Positions 1-10,128 of a stretch of DNA of 64,000 nucleotides are shown one piece after another. The notes under the pieces are model-generated. The model was not told the origin of the DNA. It was given only the letters and a program-made list of their open reading frames with translations, and did no database searches. The stretch comes from Podarcis cretensis (Eukaryota), in NCBI GenBank assembly GCA_951804945.1, contig OX638151.1, forward strand, positions 87,358,001 to 87,422,000, in the 5' to 3' direction. The position numbers were made by a program, and so were the translations under genes. The number at the start of each line of letters is the position of its first letter. Position 1 is the first letter of the stretch.

Positions 1-1256
1 AAAAATTCCCTGGAGGCCTTTCAGGGAGTGCAGAGGGGCTGCCGTTAGACAGAAAAGATGAAATCCCCACCCCACAGTGCTTTGGATCATAGATGCCAAA
101 ATTTTATATGAAAGCACTGATTTTCAAGTTAAACTTCACTACCATTTTCTTAATGCTTCACTTCAGTAGTGTGAACCCAATTAACTGGAAGAAATTAAAA
201 GGGCATTCTCTAATCATTAAATGGTATTAAAATTAGGCAACATGCAAAAACAATATAATTAAATCACTTTGAAATTATCAAGGTCACATTTAGAAATGAA
301 GGTCAATCATACACACACACACACAAACATAATCATATTGATGATTGCATTAATTTAATTAATGTCATAGTTTGTAACCATTTTTTGACTCTGTGGAGTT
401 GTACGTAAAATGATCACAAAACTGAAAGTAAATGTAATTAAGCAATTTCATAGATACTTATCAGCTACTTTCTACAGAAACTCACCTATGTACTCTATGA
501 AAATACATCTTACTCCGTAATCAAGGTAGTCACAATCGCCTCTGAAATAGTAAATTTTAGTGCGCTTTTTCAGGAGTGTTCATCTTTTAGCAAGAGAAAT
601 CTTTGTTCAGTAGCAGGCCAACTCCTATTCCAAATAGTAAGGAATCAACAGCATCTTAATAATCCAGGATCTTCCTTGCTGTCAATATATAGCGTTTAAT
701 GACTCTAGTCTTTAGGCAGACTCACACTGACTTGTGACAGAGCTAGTTGGAATGCTTCTGCCTTCTCTGTCAAATACAGAATCACATACTAATTCTGAGC
801 CCCTATGGAGTTCTTTACAAGGAGATTGCTCATGAATGCTAATAACTTGAGAGCATGTAGCACTCCTGGACTAAAGGAAAAGATAATCACTTCCCTTTAA
901 TGAGGAACATAATATTTCTAAAAATAAACTACCCACTGTTATTCAAAGTGTGCCACACTGAAGTGCGACCTCAGATCATCTACTGTTGGCCATTCTCTCA
1001 GCAGCACAAAAACTCTGGAGCTAGGACAAATAATCAGCCAGGCAAGGTTGCGGTTCTCTGCAAATATGCTTGCTGATAAGCCCCATTCAAGTCAGCAGAA
1101 GCTATTTCTGAGTAAACATGCATTGTCTTAGAATGTAACTATGATGTAAAACCAAACTGAATGCTTCGGTAGACTAAATGTGATGTGATTCACAAAAGCT
1201 TGCTGTCTGTCGATTCCGACACTTGCCATTGCATTCATGTGTACAACTCTAACGAT

Positions 1257-1327
1257 TCATAGAATCATAGAATCATAGAGTTGGAATAGACCACAAGGGC
1301 CATCGAGTCCAACCCCCTGTCAAGCAG
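1257..1327 (-). mobile_element. CR1-type LINE/SINE 3' tail fragment
   Basis: (TCATAGAA)n on + strand, i.e. the CR1 (TTCTATGA)n tail, followed by GAGTTGGAA...GAGTCCAACCCC. Confidence 0.7.
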
Positions 1328-1587
1328 AATTCAAGTGTTGGGTGTCTAATAATAAAATCTTCTCATTAGTAGGTGCTCAGTCTTGTTGGTCTAGGGACGG
1401 AGGGAGCAACTTGAGATCAGCACCATGGACCAAATACGTACCAAATACGTATGGCATATTCTGAGCTGGTGACCTACATTCACGGTAATGAACATGGCAG
1501 ATGCCAAATGATGATAAGCAACCTGCTGCTCATAAGACAATATGATGATGATGATGAAATTGTTGGCTTCACATGTGGAATCATATA

Positions 1588-1983
1588 CAGTGGTGCCCCG
1601 CAAGACGAATGCCTCGCAAGACGGAAAACCCGCTAGAAGAAAGGGTTTTCCGTTTTGGAGGTGCTTCGCAAAACGAATTTCCTATGGGCTTGCTTCGCAA
1701 GACGAAAATGTCTTGCGAGTTCCTGCAGGGTTTTCCCCCTCCCCCCCTTTTTCTAAGCCGCTAAGCCGCTTATTAGCTGATCTGCAAAGCCACTTATCAG
1801 CTGATCCGCTAAGCCGCTTATCAGCTGATCTGCTAAGCCGCTAAGCCGCTTATCAGCTGATCCGCTAAGCCGCTAATAGTGCTAATCCGCTAAGCCGCTA
1901 ATGGGCTTGCTTCGCAAGACGAAAAAACCGCAAGACGAAGAGACTCGCGGAACGGATTCTTTTCGTCTTGCGAGGCACCACTG
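1588..1983. mobile_element. Tc1/mariner-superfamily (Tigger/pogo-like) MITE with an internal minisatellite
   Basis: 22-bp TIRs CAGTGGTGCC(C/T)CGCAAGACGAA with 1 mismatch. TA target duplications at 1586-87 and 1984-85. Internal CTAAGCCG / CTTATCAGCTGATC repeats at about 1753-1900. Confidence 0.88.
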
Positions 1984-4900
1984 TAATTTGTAGAGTTAAA
2001 AGAGATCCCAAGGGTCATCTGACTAGATGCAATCTCCTGCAATGTATTGTTGACTGATAGTTAATGGTATTGTAAGTGTCTAAGCAGAGGCACTCAACAC
2101 AGACAAGGAGCCCCATGCAAAGTTTGCTGTGGGCAGAACAGTCCTCCATGACCCTGCAAACTACCCACTTCTCAGAACTTATCTTTGGGCAAAAAGATTC
2201 CACTGAGCATATGGATTGATAATATGGACAGGTTAGCTACATACAAAAGAATTGCTTGTCAACGCAAAATAATAATGGATAAATACGAAGAAATTTGGAA
2301 TGAATATCTAAGTGACAAGGAGGATAACAGTGGGAAATAGAGGGGGGAGAGAGTGGTGAGGGGGGAGGAGTAGGCATAGGGATATTACTGTATATAAATT
2401 AGTGTTGCTAATTTGTGTTATTATTGTTATTATGGTTTTTTGTTGTACATATCAACAGGAGTACCAGATTGGCTCCCCTGTTGCCTTTGCACTGTGCCAG
2501 CCTCCTCATCGCCTTGCCTCGCCTCTCTCCATCCCATTAAGCAACAGTGACCCACCTGCTGGAAAGCTAAAATAGTGCCTCCCCTCTCCCCTCCGCAAAC
2601 TGCTTCTGCAATCATCTCTAGATAGTGAGTACTATTTAAACTACACATTGTAGTGCTTTTAGAAACGCACTTTCCACTTTAATTACTAGTGGGGAAAATC
2701 CATTTGTATGAATATGAGGCAAAAGAAAAGTCTGCAATATGGGAAATGTTAACAGTTTCTTGTTAGTAAGAAAGAGTGCATAGTAAAATCCCAATTTATG
2801 CACGTCTCTAATGAGGCAGAATTTGATGATGAGCCATGGAAAAATCTGCAGCCTGCCAGACACATGCTTTGTGATAACCGGAGCTAAGTCATCCTTTTAT
2901 GTCTCAAAAGCAAGCCTGAACATCTAGGCGACAACCACTGCAAATTATCTTGCTGACCTTAAACAGAAGGTGAACCCAAAAGTAAATTACCCTAAGCATT
3001 CCTTTGTTTAGTTTTAGGAGGACAAAACTTGGGCAGCAGCAAAATGCCTGTAGAAGGATGCTGCATTTCTGAGCTGTTTTCATGTCTTCAGTTTCCAAAC
3101 AGGATAAGGAGCACCAAGGAGACAAGTTTCCGAATGAGTTATCCTGCATGTAAATGCACTGGGCATAGAAACGGGGGAAAGGATAACCCAGGACCCCCAA
3201 AGTGTGCAGAAAAATTGTGTTTGGCTTAAAAGGGGTGGGAAGTCACAATGGGTGTACAGGTGAAAGTCCCCAGCTACTGGGGCTGGCAGTTAGGCTGAAA
3301 GAAAGCCAGAGATTTGCTACTAGGGTGGAATCTAGTCACATATCTAAAAAGCTGTGAAAATGCATTTTTAAAAAAATGTTTTGAAAAATATATTGGCTTT
3401 GACATAACTCACCATTGCCATCCAGTGTCGCATTTGTATAATGCACTTATGAAACATTTTATTTGCAGCTCATAGCTGAGTTCTAGGATTCCTCCAGCCT
3501 AGGGCCCAAAGCTACCTCTTTCTAAGAGGGTGATTACCAAATTACATCCCCGCCCTCTCTCTCCTGCAAACTGTGCCAGGGCCTCACAACTCTACACTCA
3601 TAATTTTCTAGTATTTTTTTTTTAATGCAATGGAATTCTAGCATTTTTCCTAGTTACAATCATAGCATCTGATGCTGGTCATTAATCCCAACCAGCCATG
3701 TTGCAAATTATGTGTGTACATGCAAGGAAATAGCCTGGGATCATTCATAAAAGAAATACAAACTTAATTTCTGAACCAGCTCATCTGTATCCTTGCAATA
3801 AGATCTATTCTCTAAAATCAGTCACCTGGTGAAAAGATAAGAGAAGCATCATCTTACAGTGCAGTCCTAAACTTGTCTACTCAGAAGTAAGTTCCACCTA
3901 GTTCAGTAGGTCTTACTCCCAGGAAACTGGGTGCAGGGTTACAGCTTCAAGTACTAAGGCTGCTGCTGCTATGTGCTGACTTTAAAGTAGCCACTTCACC
4001 ACTAAACTGAATGCAAACACTGTCACTGTCCATTAATGCACTGGGTGTTGTTGTTTTTTACAGGCCCTGTTTATATAACAATAAGGAATGGAAAAACCCC
4101 CACCACCATTCTAGGAAAGGGGGGCAGGAGAGAGAACAGGTGAGAGGAAGATTGTACACTAGATGCCAGGAGCATCAGGGCATTGGGCTCACAGAACTTG
4201 CCAAATCAAAAGATGGCAGCTGAATATGTTTTACTTTTAATTTGCCTCATGCAATGAGCTGTCCCTCTTAACCCAAGTGACACCAATACCAGCCTTGCTG
4301 TATCATAGGATTGCAATCTCCACTGTCTGGGGCTTGCTTCACTGGCCTGGAATCAGTTACTTCTGAATTTTTCCGTTATGAGATGGTATTTGAAGGAAAG
4401 AGAATAGACCTTTTCAAAAAATAATAATACAGTTCTGCAGGAATCAATTGCACTATAGCTCCCAAAGGCAAAACATGAGGGGAGCAAAAGGATCATCTGA
4501 ATTCACTCAGTCGGCCACAGGAAGGATAAAGGCAAAATGACTAGCTGCTACTATTTGGGCTCAAGAAAGATGAACATTCATTTCAATTGCTACAAAAGCT
4601 TATGTTAACATAGCTTTACTTTCCAAAGTAGTTCAGATTATACTTTTTATTAAGCAAAAGTGTGGGAATGACACTTCTAAAACAAAAGAGATGGAATAGT
4701 GAAAGGGCAGCTAACCTTTCTGTGTGGATAAGACTTATGTTTTTGTCTCTTATGACCTTGTAGAATTCCCCCCTGAAATTTAGGATACCTAGATGTAATT
4801 GTAACTGAAAGCGACCACTATGAATTCAAAATTGTTGACCAGGAGGAAAACCAGGACACATCACAAAATGAAGATCTCTTCTCCTTCCTCTTATTTGAGA

Positions 4901-5061
4901 TAATAACCAAGCATGTCATAGGCTAGGACATCTAAAGTATTAAATACTCCTAAAGTATTAAATACACCTAGATACCCCTAAAGTATTAAATACTCCTACA
5001 ATTAAAATAGCAGACGAGGATTGAGGGAATAAATATACAAGGGAAGGAAGCTAACTTTTAC

Positions 5062-5205
5062 CTCACATCAGCAACAGTATGCCTTCTCCTTTTCTTTTCT
5101 TCCATATTCATTTTTTTTCCTCTGTGCCCCGTCTCGCCATCTAATTCCCATGATATCCTTCTTTCTTTTTTGCCATCACTTTTGCAGCTCTCTAGGGACT
5201 TTGAC
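5062..5205 (-). CDS. RIMS1: Candidate RIMS1 cassette exon (R-SKSLESCKSDGKKERRISWELDGETGHRGKKMNMEEKKRRRHTVADV), 144 nt, phase 2->2
   Basis: Open frame in the phase required after exon 9554. Purine-rich body, acceptor aaaag|G, donor GAG|gtaaaa, two UGCAUG just upstream. Confidence 0.65.
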
Positions 5206-5535
5206 CTTTTCCATAGTCAAAACATGCAGGCATGCAAAATTAAAATGTAAATAACTCAAAATAAAAATAAGGAACTACAGACACTAGCTCTACATTCACA
5301 CATGATTTTAGAGCACTACAAAGCAAGCAAGAAAAAAGAAACAACCAACTTTGGATTTTAAAAAACAAGCAAACTCAAATTCAACTTAAACAATAACATA
5401 GACCCCAGCTGGCTAATTCTAAGAAGGCAATTATTTTCTGTTTCAGGGTTTCATTCTATGAGAACTGATCTATTATTGCCGTGCAATGTTCTTCACCTTT
5501 AACAATTAACTGAACAAGAACCCCTCAATTAAGCC

Positions 5536-5859
5536 ATGAAGGAGCGTCTCCACCCCCATCGTTCAGCCCAGACACTGAGATCCAGCGCCGAGAGCCTTCT
5601 GGCGGTTCCCTCATTGCGAGAAGTAAGGTTACAGGGAACCAGGCAGTGGGCCTTCTCGGTAGTGGCGCCTGCCCTGTGGAACGCCCTCCCAGCAGATGTC
5701 AAAGCAATAAACAACTATTTTACTTTTAAAAGACAACTGAAGGCAGCCCTCTTTAGGGAAGTTTTTAATGTCTGATGCTGTACTGTTTTTAATATTCAGT
5801 TGGAAGCCGCCCAGAGTGGCTGCGGAAACCCAGCCAGATGGGCAGGGTATAAATAATAA

Positions 5860-5910
<51 letters not shown>
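5536..5910 (+). mobile_element. 5'-truncated L2-clade LINE (ORF2 C-terminus, 3' UTR, (TTA)n tail)
   Basis: ORF 5536..5775 has the L2-type AFSVVAPALWNALP motif. 3' end GGAAGCCGCCCAGAGTGGC...GGGTATAAATAATAAA followed by (TTA)n. Confidence 0.85.
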
Positions 5911-6512
5911 TTTCAGCCTGTCCTGTTGAACAGGGACAATTCAAACACGCTTACATTTCTCAGAAGCAGACCAAGAATCACAAATCTGAAGCTACTGGTT
6001 GCTTTGTATGTGTTTTTCTCTCTTTTTTTAAAGTTAACAGCTCACCATCAACTGTGCTAACTTTGCCATCCTTACAGATATGAACTTTTGAGATTGCAAA
6101 GTTAGGTGAGTCTGCTAAGAATTCATTAACTAAAACCATTTTAAAATTATAACTCAGTAACAATAATGAATGCCTGATCTTTGCAGGACTATTGATTTTC
6201 TGTGAGTCACATATTTATTGAAAAAAATGTAAAAACCTTGAGAAGCAATTAAATATGCAAAATGTTCTATTTTTTTTTTTAAAAAGCAGGGAAAAGTGAA
6301 ATGTCTATTCTGTATTACAACTTTTTTCAAGACTTATTCAACCTCTTTCCTATCCTGAAGAAGAATACTGCAAGTAAACTCTATAACACTTTTATTAGGT
6401 TTCTAAAAAGGAACGAAATATACCCTTTGATCTTATAATCACTTAAGTAGTCCAGGCTATGAATTACACTCCACATTCACATGATTGATGCATACGAAAC
6501 CTTAGTGTGTGA

Positions 6513-6690
6513 GGGAAGGGCCTTAGCTCAATGGCAGAACATCTGCCTGGAATACTGAAGGTTTCAGGTTCAACCCCCTGAAATATTCAGGTTAGGCTGC
6601 TGCCTGAAAACCTGGAGTGATTGTCAATCAGTATACACAATACTGAGGACCACTGGTCTGCTTCCATATAAGGCAGCATCCTATGCTTCT
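6513..6690 (+). mobile_element. tRNA-derived SINE (Squam3-like), decayed
   Basis: A box TAGCTCAATGG, B box GGTTCAACCC, tail TATAAGGCAGCATCCTATG. Confidence 0.7.
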
Positions 6691-7298
6691 GTGCTCTGAA
6701 GTAAGCGAGATGCAGACTTCAGGGAAATAGGCTGCTATCATTTATAAAAATTGATGGGGTGAAACACCTGAGGAACTAGTTTGGCCACATAGCACTACTG
6801 CACTGAACAGGTTTATGGACCATCCTAAATCTACAGGCTGCTGCAACCGAATGGATGGATCACTGCTATAAAGAAGAGACAGGCTGGGAGATGGCTGGCC
6901 TTATCTATCTAGTACCCGCTGAAGTCATATCAGTTACAATATGTACGCTAACGTACTGCTATATAACTCAATGCCATTTTCTCAGCTGTTTGAGCTCTGT
7001 CACCAGGCATGTACATTTTAACAGGAAAATCTAAACTCATGAAAATTCGGCTCAGCTCTACCAAGAGTCTCCCTCCCCAAATTTGAGGCAGAAGGTAGTA
7101 GTGGAAGGAAAATAGTCTCCAGTGGAACACACAAAGACAGGTTACCTATAGCCATTGCCACTTGCTGGAGACCCAAGAGCTCCCTGTACCTTGCAGTTAC
7201 CAAAATTTGCATGTTGCCTCTACCTACTTGCTGAGCTTCTCTAATGCTGCTGAAACCTAGAGGTCATCAGATTTATTTATTTTTTCCATATTTATATA

Positions 7299-7534
7299 AA
7301 GGTAAAGGTAACCCCTGACCATTAGGTCCAGTTGTGACCCACTCTGTTGTTACCTTCCCGCCGGAGCGGTACCTATTTATCTACTTGCACTTTGAGGTGC
7401 TTTCGAACTGCTAGGTTGGCAGGAGCAGGGACCGAGCAACGGGAGCTCACCCCGTAGCGGGGATTTGAACTGCCGACCTTCTGATTGGCAAATCCTAGGC
7501 TCTGTGGTTTAACCCACAGCACCACCCGCGTCCC
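7299..7534 (-). mobile_element. Sauria SINE (lacertid POM type), internally shortened, 11-bp TSD
   Basis: Minus strand starts GGGACGCGGGTGG...GGTTAAACCACAGAGCCTAGG and ends in (ACCTTT)n. TSD ATATTTATATA at 7288-7298 and 7535-7545. Confidence 0.88.
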
Positions 7535-9553
7535 ATATTTATATACCTGCCCTCTAAAATGAGTTTTGGGACAGCTCACGAAGGGGGAAAAAAGATGCAA
7601 GCTTTCAATAAACTGCTATCGCCTCCCATAACTCACTCCATGGCAGTGATACTGCAGGAGATGTTAGCTCAAAGGCATAGGACATCCCTTCCCAACATGG
7701 TACACTCTAGATGTTTTGGACTAAGACTTTAATCAGCCTCAGCCAGCATGGCCAATGGTTAGGGATGATGGGAGTTGTAGTGCCCATCACGCTGAGGTTG
7801 CTTGGTGTTGGACATTATGCTATTAATTAATACTAACTTATAGCTGTGCTATAATGCAGGCTTGGAAATAATGGGCATGTTGGGCATTGAAACCCTAAAT
7901 AAAGAGGAAACTTTGCTACTGGCTTAAATGACAGAGCTCTGTCTTTTAAATGAACTCATGGCAGCTAAAGTGGAAATCATGGCCAGATCATGCTGTAAAT
8001 CTAAAAACTGAGCCAACTGGTCAACTTTTGTCAGAGATGGGATTCCAGCCTATCCCATCAGATTGCTCAAGTTCTCAGGTAACATTCAGTCTCTACTCCC
8101 ACCTGATCCCCCCAAAAAGAAAAACCAAAAACCGTTTTGTCATTAAAAAGAGCCAGAGGGTGGGATTTTTTTGGAATGCTTTCAATATGTTCTGAGATAA
8201 TGATGTGCAATTGCTGCTACCTGGAAAATCTCTGAAAAGCTGGTAAAGCTAGGAGATAGAAGGCCACAATCTTAATTAATGTTGAATAAATGTTGGAGTG
8301 TTGACAATATATTTTGTAATAACAACAAAACATTTAGCTTCATGTTAAAAGCAAAACAAAAATATGTTAACCTGAACTTATGATGCCCCTAAAATGACCA
8401 GAGGAACTAGGCATTAACAAAGCAAAAGGATTTTGACCCTACAATATTTTATTTATTTATTTATTTCATAAAAATTTATATACCACTCGATTGTAGAAAA
8501 AAACACAAAGCAGTGGCAAACATATGGCATGCAAAACAAAATGTATACTTGTTGCAACTATTACTCTACAAATATGACTGTTGCAGGATCCCAGGCAACT
8601 GAATACATTGCTTCTGTTCAATCCAACCTTTTCAATCACTACTATGGGAGAACAAAAAGGAAGACAGCTTAGGACACCTTTAAATGTTACCCTGGTCACA
8701 TAGGACATTCTTTTTTCCATGCCTGGCTCCTGTGCAGATGGGATAATGTTTGAAAGAACCAGCCTCACATAGAGAACTCAAGTGTGCAGTCCCCTGCTGG
8801 GAGGAGGTGAGGAGAAGACCCACCCCACTGACTCTCTGCTAGTGTAGTTGGATCACTACTTCAACCACATGGCAGCCACTCACAGGAAAGTGGGTCCCAT
8901 GCAACCATGGTTAGATTTAAAGGTCTACAAAGACACATCAAGAAAAGGGTACTATCTAAGAAGTTTGTACTGCATGTGCACAAACATTCCATAGGGTTAA
9001 CTGGCTGCAATACAAAAAACAAACAAGCAAACAAAAATCTTGCCTTGTAGGACCATAGGGCCCCATTGATTATGTTTTGAGGAAAGGCTTGAAATGTTAA
9101 TGAAATATATGGAATGCCTTTCAAAGAAAATGTTGATATTTCAAAAGCAATCCTGAAACTTTGATTTCCATATCAGTTCAGAGGTGAAGTCCACTGAATT
9201 CAATGGGGCTTACTCCCCGGTAAAGTGTGTTTTTGGCTTGCAGCCTTGGTTTCTTAAAGCCTTTGAGACTGCAAGCTCCTGTACCCAACAGTATTTAATT
9301 TCCTCTTCATAATAAATGATTGTATGACTATGGCTTTGCAATAAATGATTCTGTTAAAGTTCTGGGTTTCAAGCTGACCCACTATTGATAGCTGCTCAGA
9401 TTTTGTTTTGCTGCTTCAGCAGTCATAATCCAAAGTTTGAGTTTCCTTTTTTCCTCCACCCCCCCCCCCTTGCAATTAGCAATTGCTGTTTGTATATGCG
9501 TGTAAAGAACCGACTATTTGAAATATCTGTATATGTCTACATTGCAAACTCAC

Positions 9554-9720
9554 CTGATTCTGCCCCTCGGGCGCTCTGATTGCTCTGACATAAAGCTTGT
9601 GCTGCTGAGACGTGAGGCACTGCTGGCACGGGAAATGGCTGACACATCACTGACATCACTATCTGATGATTTGGCAGAGACGTTATCACAACTTCTGTAC
9701 TGATCTGCTTGTATGCTATA
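9554..9720 (-). CDS. RIMS1: RIMS1 exon (YSIQADQYRSCDNVSAKSSDSDVSDVSAISRASSASRLSSTSFMSEQSERPRGRI), 167 nt, phase 0->2
   Basis: Acceptor ctctttag|TAT, donor AG|gtgagt. Near-identical to recalled RIMS1. Confidence 0.96.
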
Positions 9721-9914
9721 CTAAAGAGTTAAAAGAGAAAGTGTGAGTTCTCTTGACACAGTGTGAGGGAGGGAAAAGCTTCATGGTGTTACAAATCATT
9801 ATATTGTTGTGACACTGGTAAACTCCAGAAAATTTCTATTATTATTATTATTATTATTGAAAGAAACCCCCAAAAGAACAACAATGTCTTATTTTGCCAG
9901 ACCAGTACAGGGAA

Positions 9915-10128
9915 CACTGGCGGAGGAAGAGGATTGCGGGGGGAGTGCACTGCCCCTGGCAGCGCGATCCTGGTGGGGTGCCATTGTGGCTGCTCCACCG
10001 CCTGCGCTGGGCGCCACGCCCCTGCGGGCGGCATGCCACGCCCCCAGCATGCGCACCACGCCCCCAGGACACACGTCAGCCCCGCCCCCGCCTGCGCTCC
10101 GCACCCAGAGCATGAAGCTCCACCACTG
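9915..10128. mobile_element. GC-rich hAT-type MITE, copy 1
   Basis: Ends CACTGGCGGAG and CTCCACCACTG. 8-bp TSD ACAGGGAA / ACAGAGAA. Homologous to 16451-16623 in opposite orientation. Confidence 0.82.

Noticed and set aside
1753-1900. Short repeats superficially like a CRISPR array (also 22480-22680)
   Set aside because: Vertebrate intron, no unique spacers, and the repeats lie inside TIR-bounded MITEs.
6041-6105. Plus-strand AG...GT exon-like segment suggesting an antisense transcript
   Set aside because: Isolated, with no partner exons, promoter or recognisable product.
6513-6590. tRNA-like A/B boxes (also near 35900, 36860, 61350)
   Set aside because: Degenerate heads of tRNA-derived SINEs with SINE bodies attached; no intact cloverleaf.
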